Positions 1 through 9,842 of a stretch of 64,000 nt of DNA are shown here, piece by piece. How positions within the stretch are numbered: position 1 is the first letter of the stretch; the number at the start of each line of letters is the position of its first letter. A program made the position numbers and the translations under genes. The stretch spans positions 864,001 through 928,000 of the forward strand of contig CAXXFF010000002.1 of the NCBI GenBank assembly GCA_963676835.2. The letters run 5' to 3'. The notes beneath the pieces are model-generated. The model saw nothing but the letters and a program-made list of their open reading frames with translations, was not told the DNA's origin and searched no databases. The DNA is from Marispirochaeta sp. (GTDB taxonomy: Bacteria; Spirochaetota; Spirochaetia; JC444; Marispirochaetaceae).

Positions 1-126
1 TTTATTGCATGGGTTCTGTGGGGACTGATTATAATCTCGGTGATCTGGTCTATTGTGCTGAGTTCCCGGGAGAAGAAACATAAAGCCATGTACGGACCGA
101 ATGGCCAGGATAGGGAGACTGACTGA
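1..126 (+). CDS. C-terminal fragment of a membrane protein (gene starts before the window)
   Basis: Frame 1 is open: FIAWVLWGLIIISVIWSIVLSSPEKK...ETD*. It encodes a hydrophobic helix, and the stop overlaps the next ATG (TGATG). Confidence 0.6.
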   Translation, partial: FIAWVLWGLIIISVIWSIVLSSREKKHKAMYGPNGQDRETD

Positions 127-1070
127 TGGGAAAAATACTCATACCGCAGGATGTGGTGCAGGAAGGTAAGGATTTCCTAACTTCCCGTGGACACGAGGTT
201 ATTGTCGGATCGGGATTCGATATCGAGACAATAAAGAGAGAAGTGGCGGATTGTGATGCCATTCTGGCCCGTACCGCGCCGTTTCCGGCGGAAGTGCTGG
301 AGGCCGGAAAAAAGCTGAAGGTAATAGGACGGCATGGTGTTGGGGTAGATAATATCGATGTTGCAAAGGCGACGGAACTTGGGATTCGGGTAACCTATAC
401 GCCGGAAGCCAATGCCAATACTGTTGCAGAAATGGCTGTTGGCTTTATCATTGCATCGGGGAGAAATCTTGTGGTAATGGATGCAGCGACCCGGAGTAGT
501 GATTTCTCCATAAGGAACAGGATGAAAGGACAGGACCTTGCAGGAAAGACACTGTCGGTTATTGGTCTGGGCAGGATTGGCCGCCTTGTTGCGAAAAAAG
601 CTATGTATGGTCTGGACATGAAGGTTCTTGCCTATGATCCGTATGTAACAGCTGATACGGCTCCCGAGGGTGTGGAGATAACCTCCAGCTGGGATGAAGC
701 ATTCAGTAGAGGTGACTTTGTGACTCTGCACATTCCCTCCACCCCGGAAACAAAAGGTTCAATCGACAGTATAACTCTAGGCAAGATGAAGGACAGCGCC
801 ATTCTGATCAATTGTGCCCGGGGCGACCTGGTTGTTGAAGAAGATGTTGCAACAGCGTTGAAAAACGGTGTAATTTCCGGTCTGGCAACGGATGTTTATA
901 CCCGGGAACCGCCTGAGGTTGACCACCGCTATTTTCCCCTGAAGAATACCATTCTTACACCCCATAATGCCGCGTTAACCAATGAGTGTATGGCCCGTAT
1001 GGCGGTGGGGGCTGCTGAAGGAATAGATGATGTTTTGAATGGACGAGAGCCGACATGGCCTGTTAACTGA
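126..1070 (+). CDS. D-isomer-specific 2-hydroxyacid dehydrogenase (phosphoglycerate dehydrogenase-like, no ACT domain)
   Basis: GRHGVGVDNID, GLGRIG (NAD binding), INCARG, DVYTREP and TPHNAA motifs; 314 aa. Confidence 0.9.
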   Translation: MGKILIPQDVVQEGKDFLTSRGHEVIVGSGFDIETIKREVADCDAILARTAPFPAEVLEAGKKLKVIGRHGVGVDNIDVAKATELGIRVTYTPEANANTVAEMAVGFIIASGRNLVVMDAATRSSDFSIRNRMKGQDLAGKTLSVIGLGRIGRLVAKKAMYGLDMKVLAYDPYVTADTAPEGVEITSSWDEAFSRGDFVTLHIPSTPETKGSIDSITLGKMKDSAILINCARGDLVVEEDVATALKNGVISGLATDVYTREPPEVDHRYFPLKNTILTPHNAALTNECMARMAVGAAEGIDDVLNGREPTWPVN

Positions 1071-1234
1071 TGGAATTGAGTTTTCGACTATCTTTCCCGG
1101 CTGTTCATTTTGATATTATTTGTTTATTGAAGATATTGGCATTATCCAATTAGGCAGGTGTTAGAGAGACCGTTTCCGAATCTAACCATAATCCGATAGA
1201 AAGAACAACCATGACTATCGAGTCATTAAAGTTT

Positions 1235-1265
1235 GGGGAGGCGTCTTTATTTTGACGTCTCCCCC
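1235..1265. terminator. Hairpin between convergent genes
   Basis: GGGGAGGCGTC-tttattt-tGACGTCTCCCC inverted repeat next to the stop of the activator gene. Confidence 0.55.
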
Positions 1266-1267
1266 AT

Positions 1268-3229
1268 TCATTGAATTTTGTATTCTTTAATTTTTCTCCA
1301 CAGGGTTGACCGGTTTATGCCAAGAAGCAGTGCGGCCTTGTTCTTTTTATTCCCGCTTTTGATGAGCGCGTTTATTATTGATTGTTTTTCCAGATCTTTT
1401 AGAGATGATGTCTTTTCTGTTGTCGCAGGACAAGAATTTTCCTCTGAAAGGCAATTGTCCAAAATATCTTGTTCCATGGAAAAAATTTGCAAAATCTCTC
1501 TTGATGAAATTTCACAGGTGTTCCTTGCTGTAGCGGCAAGGTGCTCACATAAGTTCATCAACTCTCTGATATTTCCAGGCCATTCATGTATAAGGAGAAT
1601 TTCCTTCGCGTCATCTGTTAAAAGACGTTTTTCTGTGCCAAAACGTTTGGAAAAGAGATCAATATAGTGTTCAAATAGTAGTATTATGTCTTGTCCTCTC
1701 TCTTTCAAATGGGGAAGTGGGAGGCGGACGGATGATATACGAAAGTATAAGTCTTTTCTGAAATCTCCTTTATACACAAGGGTGCGAAGATTGCGGTTAA
1801 CTCCGTACAAAAATCTGATATCCAGGTTTACCGGGCGTGTTCCGCCAACTTTAATTATTTGGTTTTCTTGGATAACCCGGAGAAGCTTACTTTGTAATTG
1901 TATTGATATCTCGGAGATTTCATCAAGGAATATTGTACCACCACTGGCTTGCTCAAAATATCCGGTATGTCCGTTTTTTTGGGCACCAGTGAAAGACCCG
2001 GAGGTATGGCCAAAGAATTCACTTTCGAATAGTGAGTCTGGAATGGCTGCGCAGTTTACTGCAACAAAAGGACCTCTTCTGCGCTGACTGAAATTATGGA
2101 TGCTCTGAGCAAAGAGTTCTTTCCCGGTACCAGTTGCACCCAGAATAAGTATGCTTGAATCGATCTGAGCAAAGGACTTTGCAGTTGTAATAGCATTATT
2201 CATAATGCTGCTGGTGTGGATAATATCATCGAAATTGTGTGTGGCCCGATAAACCGGTTTAACTGTTTTGGATTCATTAAATACAAAAGTTTTCTTTTTC
2301 CTGTTTTGTGATAGTCGCAGCACTGTGCCTATATTCTTGGTGTTATATAAGAATGGGAATGTGTTGACTCTGTAATCATTGATAATGCTGTTATTCAGGG
2401 TTTCTATGTTATTGTTTCCCGCAGCCGAAGTTGCAGATGAAATGAAATCATGGTCCAAAATATCAGTACCTTCTATCTCTGTTTTGCAACTGTTTATTAT
2501 GTGTTGGGCATGTTTGTTCAGGTTGATTACACGGTTTCTGTTGTCAAGTAGAATAAGGCCTTCGGAAGCATTCTGTACTATTTTATTTATTGTTGTTTCG
2601 TTCAGGTTTTTACAATCAGAGATGGTATACATGGCGTCACGAAGTGCTGAAAACAGAGACTCAGATGTACTTCTGATGTGGTAAGGTCTAATTTGTTGGT
2701 CGAGAGCCGCGTCATGAAGAGATGAAAAGCAGAGAGCTTGATCTATGCCTTGTTGTTTAAGGTCTCTGAAAAGTTCATGGTTATAATCCGGATCCAAAGC
2801 GTGATCGGTATAGTGAACTGGAACAATATTCAAATTTAAATAGTTTCTAACCTGATCAGATTGTATAAACACATCTCTCGATGAGTGTACAAGCGCCATA
2901 GGCCGTTCAGGGTCAATGGTGCTTTTTTCTGAAATTTGTTTAATCGAAAAAAGAAAATCAGCGGTCGATATTGGAATTTCAATAACGGGTTTTTCCTTTT
3001 CATGTTCACGCAGAATAATAGCTCGTATACCACGGGCAACAAGAACATCGGCATTCCTTTTGTTTCTCTTGTATGTTTCAGGGTCTGTATAAAAATAAAA
3101 CTCCATTCTTATGTTTGAAAATTCCGGCCGAGAATTCAGATAATGCTGTAATTCTGTCATATATACTTTCTTAAACATTTTTTCAAATTTTCCAGCTTCT
3201 GCAAGTGTTACAAAAAGAATTCTGCACAT
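1268..3229 (-). CDS. Sigma-54-dependent transcriptional activator (PrpR_N-like, PAS, AAA+, Fis HTH)
   Basis: GATGTGKE Walker A, ESEFFGH..GSFTGA loop, FLDEI, WPGNIREL and LGINRSTLWRK. Start moved to ATG 3229 (GGAGG 9 nt upstream). AT-rich. Confidence 0.9.
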   Translation of the reverse strand: MCRILFVTLAEAGKFEKMFKKVYMTELQHYLNSRPEFSNIRMEFYFYTDPETYKRNKRNADVLVARGIRAIILREHEKEKPVIEIPISTADFLFSIKQISEKSTIDPERPMALVHSSRDVFIQSDQVRNYLNLNIVPVHYTDHALDPDYNHELFRDLKQQGIDQALCFSSLHDAALDQQIRPYHIRSTSESLFSALRDAMYTISDCKNLNETTINKIVQNASEGLILLDNRNRVINLNKHAQHIINSCKTEIEGTDILDHDFISSATSAAGNNNIETLNNSIINDYRVNTFPFLYNTKNIGTVLRLSQNRKKKTFVFNESKTVKPVYRATHNFDDIIHTSSIMNNAITTAKSFAQIDSSILILGATGTGKELFAQSIHNFSQRRRGPFVAVNCAAIPDSLFESEFFGHTSGSFTGAQKNGHTGYFEQASGGTIFLDEISEISIQLQSKLLRVIQENQIIKVGGTRPVNLDIRFLYGVNRNLRTLVYKGDFRKDLYFRISSVRLPLPHLKERGQDIILLFEHYIDLFSKRFGTEKRLLTDDAKEILLIHEWPGNIRELMNLCEHLAATARNTCEISSREILQIFSMEQDILDNCLSEENSCPATTEKTSSLKDLEKQSIINALIKSGNKKNKAALLLGINRSTLWRKIKEYKIQ

Positions 3230-3310
3230 TGAGCATTTCCTCCCGCTGCATATTATTCTATCAGATGCTATAGCATTCTTGGTGAAAAAGATGGAAAAGG
3301 TCGCATAGAA

Positions 3311-3327
3311 TGTTGCATTTTGCATCA
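3311..3327. promoter_or_regulatory. Candidate enhancer (UAS) for the sigma-54 activator
   Basis: Near-palindrome TGTTGCA-TTT-TGCATCA about 190 bp upstream of the -24/-12 promoter. A related TGCATCAGTTTGCACCA lies at about 3367-3383. Confidence 0.5.
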
Positions 3328-3507
3328 TGAAACTGTTTGGTTGCTGGTTTGGGTGGGGTTTTATATTGCATCAGTTTGCACCATTTCCCACCTATGTATC
3401 TTTTTATGTAACCAAAGTAGTATTTTACGAGGGAGGGAGGTGTTGTAAGTCGTTTCATTGTAAGTAAATAAAGTAGGATCTGAAGGAATGGTGGATAAGG
3501 AGCATTT

Positions 3508-3523
3508 TGGCAAGGTTATTGCT
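3508..3523 (+). promoter_or_regulatory. Sigma-54 -24/-12 promoter
   Basis: TGGCAAGGTTATTGCT has exact GG-N10-GC spacing and matches TGGCAC-N5-TTGCW. It lies next to the divergent activator gene. Confidence 0.8.
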
Positions 3524-3574
3524 ATGACTTAGTTGAATTCCTGCATATGTGGGAAAATTAAAAAGGAGAGAAGT

Positions 3575-6127
3575 ATGAAGAAAATTCTCTTATGTTCCAT
3601 TACCTTACTGTTCGCTGTATCCATTTGGGCAGCAGGTGCCTCCGAAGCTGATATTGGAAAAGGCGCTTTTAACAAATGGGGAGAATCGATCTATGGGAAG
3701 AATGTCGACCATACGACTTATGGATGGCTTGTTGAGGATGGTGTCATCAATGCTGATGGTACTGTTACGGCAACTATTATGGAGGTCCCGGAGTTTAAAA
3801 CAAAAACCTATACAACTGCATGGCCGATGAATGATGCTGCACATACAAACAGTATAACCGGCGTAAGCCGGGCAGAAGCAATGAGTGGCGAAGGCGACAT
3901 GTTTGGCGGGGGCTGGCTGGTGCAGGGATCATTTATCGAAATACAGAAGGATGCTGAGGATCGCTGTATGGATTTCGAATTGATTCAGTGGAACGAAGTT
4001 CTGATGTTTGACTCAGCCTCCTATGGGCCAGAGCTGACTGCCAAGGGAGGTGCCGCAGGCAACATGGTAGCCCTCGGTTGGGTCCTGGGAAAAAGTCCCG
4101 CAGCTAATACTATCACAATCGGTGATGGTAACCATGTTACCAATGTATTTGAGGAAACCTACACTCTTGCCGATGACTGCAGGATTTACTGTATAGACAA
4201 TGATCATTCTGATGGTTTTACTTATCTGAGCAGGGGTACTTATTCAATCAAGGGGTCATGGGATTTGGTGAAAGAAGGATCTTTCGACGATATCAATGTG
4301 ACTAAAACTATTAACGGTGAAATATACAAAAACCCTGAACGCTGGACTGCACTTTGCGTATTTGACAGCAGTTATAAAAGCTCATGGGAGGATGGGACCG
4401 CCAAGGTCAAGGAACTTTATCTGTATAACAATCCGATTTTGCTTGGAACCCGTAACCTTGTTATCCCTGATGGGATGCAGTATGCCGGAACAAGCTGGTA
4501 CGCTACGATGAGCAAGCTGGAAAACTCGCATAACTATTCTTATGATGGATCTTGTGAACCCTTCGCTCTAATGGAAGACCGCTGCTACTCCATTGGTGAT
4601 TCCTATACAAACATGTTCATGTTTGTCGGTGATGACGGTACAATTTCCACACTCGATATGGGTAACCGTGCGGCCTCCTACCAGTACTGGTTGAATATAG
4701 CAAAGCTGGGATATGATCCACGTCAAATTGACAACCTGATTCTAACTCATGGTCATGGGGACCATTACCAGGCGCTTTATGAAGGCTGGCTGATGATTGA
4801 ACGTGGTGGGAATGCGGTTAATGTCGTGGTTAATAAGTATGCACAGGGTACGACTGTTTCAAGCAGTGATGGATCCACTGTGTATGAACTGAATGCAACC
4901 CTTAAAGATCCGCCTGTTCTCTCTATTGTCGATGTACAACCGGAATGGGATGAGTGGCTGGATTTCATGGGTCCCGGGGCGGACACCTATATCTGGCGTG
5001 CAATCGGTCACAGCAGTGATACCGCATCTTTTGTTTTCAAACTTACCGCTACCGATACGGATGAATATTTTAACGCCGGCGATAAGGTGTCTCTTGTGTA
5101 TTTTGGTGGATATGGTTCGGTTAACAATACTTCTCGCGGGGTAAACCGGAATCAGATTGCCTACAGTATGCAGTATGAAGGTGCTGTTATTGCTCCATGG
5201 GCGGAATGCCAGAGTGATTATGTTTATCCAATTCCGCAGCACTCCAATCAGTATCCGATGTATGAAATCTGGAAGGCTACCCAGGTGGCCAAAATTCCGT
5301 TTATGGAAGGATTTGTGGGCGGAGCAGAGCAGTGTACCAATATGATGGAAAAACGTGTCGCGTTGATGACTTATGAACGCTTCAATACAGATTACTGGAA
5401 TAAAGAAGATGCCTTCGGGGATGCGCTGGAAGCGAAAACCGGGTTCAGGGCCTCTTCTTCCGGAAAGGGATTTCTCGATACCCTCGAGGATAACGGTCCG
5501 TATAAACGAGAAGCGGGTGAGTACATTGTTGATGTAAAGGGTGTCCAGGTTATTCATGGTTTTCAACCTTGGCTGAATAAAACCGATCTCTTTGCCGGTC
5601 AGACAAACGTTTATGGCTATGACCTCAGCGAAGGAATTCTGATCGACAAAGACTCATACGTCGCTGACCCGGATGGATGGTACATACAGTTAATCTGCAA
5701 TGTTCAGGATGACTATGATGGAGGACTTCTTTACGAAGAAAATTTCTTCAAGGGACAGTATGCCACGGGAACTAAAGGCCTTGAAGAAGAGACTTTAACC
5801 AGTCCATGGCTTAGCGGACCAATCGAATTTGGCAACAACCCTGACGGATGGGTGGAAATCCTGCGTCTGGAAAGGTTTGACTCTAAGGCGGAAGCTTTAG
5901 CATATGCCAAAAAACTGACCAATGGTTCCTATAGTACACCGTATGAAGTACAGAGTGTTAACGGAGGGAATCTCTATGACTACCCCGATACTGCGAACTA
6001 TACGGTAAGTGATTATGGTGCAGGAGCTGGTCTTGAGACGTTTGATTCCTACAAAGTGAGTATGAAGCAAACCTGTGAAATCATTGTTGGAGAAACGTTT
6101 GAAGACACTTTCAGAAAAGTAAAATAA
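3575..6127 (+). CDS. Large secreted MBL-fold metallo-hydrolase (HxHxDH, subclass B3-like) with unassigned flanking domains
   Basis: Signal peptide MKKILLCSITLLFAVSIWA, AGGAG RBS, and DMG, THGHGDH, GHS and PQH motifs; 850 aa. Confidence 0.75.
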   Translation: MKKILLCSITLLFAVSIWAAGASEADIGKGAFNKWGESIYGKNVDHTTYGWLVEDGVINADGTVTATIMEVPEFKTKTYTTAWPMNDAAHTNSITGVSRAEAMSGEGDMFGGGWLVQGSFIEIQKDAEDRCMDFELIQWNEVLMFDSASYGPELTAKGGAAGNMVALGWVLGKSPAANTITIGDGNHVTNVFEETYTLADDCRIYCIDNDHSDGFTYLSRGTYSIKGSWDLVKEGSFDDINVTKTINGEIYKNPERWTALCVFDSSYKSSWEDGTAKVKELYLYNNPILLGTRNLVIPDGMQYAGTSWYATMSKLENSHNYSYDGSCEPFALMEDRCYSIGDSYTNMFMFVGDDGTISTLDMGNRAASYQYWLNIAKLGYDPRQIDNLILTHGHGDHYQALYEGWLMIERGGNAVNVVVNKYAQGTTVSSSDGSTVYELNATLKDPPVLSIVDVQPEWDEWLDFMGPGADTYIWRAIGHSSDTASFVFKLTATDTDEYFNAGDKVSLVYFGGYGSVNNTSRGVNRNQIAYSMQYEGAVIAPWAECQSDYVYPIPQHSNQYPMYEIWKATQVAKIPFMEGFVGGAEQCTNMMEKRVALMTYERFNTDYWNKEDAFGDALEAKTGFRASSSGKGFLDTLEDNGPYKREAGEYIVDVKGVQVIHGFQPWLNKTDLFAGQTNVYGYDLSEGILIDKDSYVADPDGWYIQLICNVQDDYDGGLLYEENFFKGQYATGTKGLEEETLTSPWLSGPIEFGNNPDGWVEILRLERFDSKAEALAYAKKLTNGSYSTPYEVQSVNGGNLYDYPDTANYTVSDYGAGAGLETFDSYKVSMKQTCEIIVGETFEDTFRKVK

Positions 6128-6148
6128 TCAATCACAATAAGAAATTAT

Positions 6149-6185
6149 TCATGCTGTCTGGTATGGACCGGACAGCATGATTTTT
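6149..6185 (+). terminator. Rho-independent terminator
   Basis: TCATGCTGTCTGGT-atgg-ACCGGACAGCATGA followed by a T run. Confidence 0.75.
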
Positions 6186-6246
6186 GATGTATGACTGCCA
6201 GGACCGGCATAGGCTGGTGGTTAACAAACGAATTAGGTATGAAACT

Positions 6247-6864
6247 ATGAGAAAACTACTACTGATATGCATTCTCCTGCTTTGTTCTATGGGATTTGCA
6301 GCGGCTCATCCGCATATGTTTATCGACAGCAAGGTTACCGTTGATATGGATAACACTACCCTTAAAGGATTGGAAGTCACCTGGTGGTTTGATCCTCTCT
6401 TCAGCAGTAATATTCTTATCGATTTTGATGTGAATAAAAACAGGATTCTTGATGCGGAAGAGGTAGGATATATTCGTGATTATGCCTTTGGAAACCTGAA
6501 GCAGTATGACTATTTTATCTACCTTCAGACAGGTAATTCCCGATATTCGCCGGAATCAACAGTAAACTTTAATGCCTATTATGAAGGTGAAACCCTTGTC
6601 TACCATTTTTATGTTCCTTTTAATGCGGCGATAAACGGGGGCCAATACACAGTAGCCATGTACGACAAGACCTATTACTGTGATATTCAGTATGTACGGA
6701 AAGATCCGGTTGTGCTCCGCGGGGATACTACAGCTACCTGGGAACTGCTTACCAATACCGATATGAAAATAAAGTATGGCGGTAACGTTTCTGTTGCACG
6801 AGAGGGCAAAACCTATAGTGGGGTCGCTTATCCTATGCAGTTAGTGGTGGAGATCCCGGAATGA
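6247..6864 (+). CDS. DUF1007-family exported protein
   Basis: Signal peptide followed by AHPHMFID, W.FD..S and YD.TYY; coupled to the Ni/Co transporter. Confidence 0.75.
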   Translation: MRKLLLICILLLCSMGFAAAHPHMFIDSKVTVDMDNTTLKGLEVTWWFDPLFSSNILIDFDVNKNRILDAEEVGYIRDYAFGNLKQYDYFIYLQTGNSRYSPESTVNFNAYYEGETLVYHFYVPFNAAINGGQYTVAMYDKTYYCDIQYVRKDPVVLRGDTTATWELLTNTDMKIKYGGNVSVAREGKTYSGVAYPMQLVVEIPE

Positions 6865-7763
6865 GTAAGATGAGTATTCTACTTGTGATATACCTGCTCT
6901 TTCTGGGGTCCTTGGCGGCACAGGTGAATCCATTCTTATCCAGCACACCACAAGAAGATACCATCGAGGGAACTGGCAATACGGTAGCGGAGCGAACCGC
7001 ACCGGTTGATGTTAAAACGCAGTCCATTTTTTCGGCAAGAAGCGCTGCAGTCCAGCGGAAACTGCAGAGGCAGATCACCTCGTTGTTGTCTAATACCAAT
7101 AGTGCAAAGGGCCTGCTATTCATGTTGGGACTCTCGTTTCTCTATGGTGTACTGCATGCCCTTGGCCCGGGACATCGCAAGACGATTATTGTCGGCTATT
7201 TTTTGGGGGAGAAAGTCCGGCCTGTTGCTGGAGTCGGTACAGGCCTGCTCCTTGCTTTTGAACATGGAGGCAGTGCTATTTTCCTAGTTGGAGGATTAAC
7301 GTGGCTTAGTGCGAAGTCGCTTACTCTTTCGATGAATACTGCGGAAGTGATAATGCTGCCCATATCGTATAGCATTATCATAATGTTGGGTATTTGGATG
7401 ATATTACAGGGTTATTTGGATTACAGATGGGAGCGTGAAGGTAATGCGCGACATGTGATGGGAACAGCTGGAATGCTTTTGTCCGGGTTAATACCTTGTC
7501 CGGCGGCTACTGCTATCATGATTTTTTCGATATCCATGGGCTATTTGAAAACCGGTGTATTATCTGTTATAGCAATGTCTCTGGGGATGGGGGCTCTGCT
7601 TTCCTGCATCGGACTTACGGCTATCATATTCAGGGAGAGAATATCCCGGATAATAACGAACAGATCGAGTGTACGCTATCTTGAACTTGTTTTTCATTGG
7701 GGCAGTGGTTTGTTGCTGGTCTTCATTGGAGGAGTTTTTCTGCTGCAGGTTCTGCCTGGTTAA
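6861..7763 (+). CDS. Nickel/cobalt transporter (NiCoT/RcnA-like)
   Basis: YGVLHALGPGHRK, H-containing TM2 and GLIPCP motif; multiple TM helices. Confidence 0.8.
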   Translation: MSKMSILLVIYLLFLGSLAAQVNPFLSSTPQEDTIEGTGNTVAERTAPVDVKTQSIFSARSAAVQRKLQRQITSLLSNTNSAKGLLFMLGLSFLYGVLHALGPGHRKTIIVGYFLGEKVRPVAGVGTGLLLAFEHGGSAIFLVGGLTWLSAKSLTLSMNTAEVIMLPISYSIIIMLGIWMILQGYLDYRWEREGNARHVMGTAGMLLSGLIPCPAATAIMIFSISMGYLKTGVLSVIAMSLGMGALLSCIGLTAIIFRERISRIITNRSSVRYLELVFHWGSGLLLVFIGGVFLLQVLPG

Positions 7764-7848
7764 AGAAATAGCGGGTAGATGAAAGAGCTTGAAATAGACT
7801 GTGCAGTATCGGTGCGGTGATTGAAATCCGGAAATAATAAACAAACAA

Positions 7849-7895
7849 TTGACTGTGCGGACAAATGGCGGTATTGTTATAGACAAATGGCAGTA
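7849..7895 (+). promoter_or_regulatory. TA promoter with tandem operator repeats
   Basis: TTGACT-17-TATTGT, with direct repeats GACAAATGGC(G/A)GTA at 7860 and 7882 (22-bp period). Confidence 0.6.
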
Positions 7896-7900
7896 GCAAG

Positions 7901-8332
7901 ATGAACGCAGTATTAATCGAAGACCTGCTTGGCGGTTCCGGAATCCTGGGGCATAAAATACACACTGAAATGGATTTGTATGAACTGGGGAAAAACGGTA
8001 TTCCAAAAAAAGCCCTGCTTTATCTGGCAAAAAGTATAAACATGCCGATTAAAACTCTCTCTGCCATACTGCATACTACAGAGCGAACCCTGCAGCGCAA
8101 AAAAGATGTAGATCTGCTTAACGAAACCATTTCTGAACATCTTCTTCAGTTGGCGGAGGTTTATTCCCGGGGGGAAGAGGTTTTCGACGGTATCGAGGCT
8201 TTTCAGCTCTGGATTGAGTCTCCCGATAAAGCCCTGGGCGATAAGAAACCTCTGGATCTCCTCTCTTCGCGATATGGAATACAGATGGTTCTGGATGAAC
8301 TGGGAAGAATCGAACACGGCGTGTTCTCCTGA
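7901..8332 (+). CDS. Xre/MbcA/ParS-family antitoxin (DUF2384)
   Basis: HTH ERTLQR, and C-terminal W...P..ALG...PLDLL...G...V.DELGRIEHG. Confidence 0.9.
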   Translation: MNAVLIEDLLGGSGILGHKIHTEMDLYELGKNGIPKKALLYLAKSINMPIKTLSAILHTTERTLQRKKDVDLLNETISEHLLQLAEVYSRGEEVFDGIEAFQLWIESPDKALGDKKPLDLLSSRYGIQMVLDELGRIEHGVFS

Positions 8333-8793
8333 TGAAGGTTTACCGCATAGCGGGTAAAAAGTTTATTCACGACATGTCCGGGGAGGGTGCACGTCTGTAT
8401 GGCGGGCGCTGGAACAGCAAGGGAACCAGTGTTCTGTATACTTCAACAAACAGATCTCTGGCGACAATAGAGTACCTGGTACATTTACCTATGGCAGTAA
8501 TCCCTGCAGATGTCTGTATAGCCGAATTATCTTTGCCCACGGAAGCCGGTATGGATGCGGTAGATATCAATGACTTGCCCTCCGGTTGGTGGGAATACCC
8601 CGCTCCGCTGGAGCTTGCCGAAACGGGTGACAGATTTATTCGGGAAAACAGCGGTCTATCACTTAAAGTACCCTCTGCAATCGTAAAAGGTGAATGGAAC
8701 GTTCTGATTAATCCCCGGCACTCATTGTTCAGCTCGATTGAGATTGCAGAAATAGAAGAGTATGTTTTTGATTCAAGGCTTTTTAAGCGGTAA
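8332..8793 (+). CDS. RES-domain toxin (NAD+ phosphorylase family)
   Basis: YRI, SGEGARLYGGRWNSKG, YTS, E, VPSA and N.LINP motifs; translationally coupled to the antitoxin. Confidence 0.9.
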   Translation: MKVYRIAGKKFIHDMSGEGARLYGGRWNSKGTSVLYTSTNRSLATIEYLVHLPMAVIPADVCIAELSLPTEAGMDAVDINDLPSGWWEYPAPLELAETGDRFIRENSGLSLKVPSAIVKGEWNVLINPRHSLFSSIEIAEIEEYVFDSRLFKR

Positions 8794-8887
8794 TGACGGC
8801 TTTCTCGTGGGTGTGTAAGGTTTCCACGTTTTTGCCCCTTACTTTTCTTCTTGTATTTAATTCGTAATTACAGGTATGCTATAGCTG

Positions 8888-9604
8888 ATGAAATCGAAGA
8901 GCGAGGATATCTACAGTTTTCTTGAACGCAAAATTGTCGGCGGGGAGTATTCCCCCGGCGACAGGCTTCCTTCGGAATCCGAGCTCTGCGGCGAATTCAA
9001 TGTCTCCCGGGGGCCGGTTAGAGCAGCTCTTGATAAGCTGTCTGCCATCGGACTGGTGTACAAGAAAAAGGGAGGCGGTTCCTATGTCCGGGAACAGGAT
9101 ACAGACCGCCTCTTCAGTTCGGTTCTTCCCGCCCTGCGCTTCAACACCAACGATTACCGCGAGATGCTCCGGATGCGTTCTGCTCTGGATAGATTGAGCA
9201 TTGAGCTCTGTATTGAAAATCATGAACGGAATGATTACTCGGAGCTTGACGGAATAATGGCTGCTCTGGAGAAAAATCACTCCCCGGAGCAGTTTTTTGA
9301 TCTTGAGCGCTCATTCTATACCGTTCTTTCCGAGCTTGGGGGCAACCGCCTTCTTCACAGTGTTACCCTGATGATTTGGGATCTGCTGAAGCACTGCAGC
9401 AGGGACTCTCTGTCGGCAAAAGAACAGGCTGAACGGGTTTGGGAATACCGGAAGATATACCAGAGTATAAAAGCCCCGGACTGCGAACTTGCCCTGATCT
9501 ATGCCGGCAGGCACCTGAGGCGGGTGCTGGAAGCTGACGAAAAAGAGCAGGCCCCTGCAACTGAATCACAGCGTTGGAATCCCTGGCTGTACGATACCCT
9601 CTAG
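8888..9604 (+). CDS. GntR/FadR-family transcriptional regulator
   Basis: PGDRLPSESELCGEFNVSRGPVRAAL wHTH plus FCD-like C-terminus. Confidence 0.9.
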   Translation: MKSKSEDIYSFLERKIVGGEYSPGDRLPSESELCGEFNVSRGPVRAALDKLSAIGLVYKKKGGGSYVREQDTDRLFSSVLPALRFNTNDYREMLRMRSALDRLSIELCIENHERNDYSELDGIMAALEKNHSPEQFFDLERSFYTVLSELGGNRLLHSVTLMIWDLLKHCSRDSLSAKEQAERVWEYRKIYQSIKAPDCELALIYAGRHLRRVLEADEKEQAPATESQRWNPWLYDTL

Positions 9605-9647
9605 TTTAGAACAGCCCTCATACCGTCCTTTTTTCATATCTCTTCAC

Positions 9648-9815
9648 CTGTACTACAAATTTTAAACATATTTGTACAAAACCCCTCAATTTTTGTTTTA
9701 CACATAAATATTTCCATGCTAATATCTGACTTGTAGTACAGATAGAGATGTTTTGCTGGATTAATCCCTGTTATTGACGTATTCAAAGGGGATTTTTGGT
9801 GTATTTGTACTACAG
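9648..9815. promoter_or_regulatory. Three candidate GntR operators, TTGTA(G/C)TACAG
   Basis: CTGTACTACAA at 9648-9658 (reverse complement of site 2), TTGTAGTACAG at 9731-9741 and TTGTACTACAG at 9805-9815. Confidence 0.7.
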
Positions 9816-9842
9816 AAAATCAATTATTGGGGGAGAATCATA

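Noticed and set aside
3575..6127. Calling the MBL-fold protein a beta-lactam resistance gene
   Set aside because: HxHxDH is shared across the MBL superfamily, and its size and sigma-54 control do not support that call.
7859..7895. GGACAAATGGC as a possible sixth GGACA-N2-TGTCC box
   Set aside because: The right half is poor, and it occurs as a 22-bp-period direct repeat over the Xre-RES promoter, so it is better explained as an antitoxin operator.
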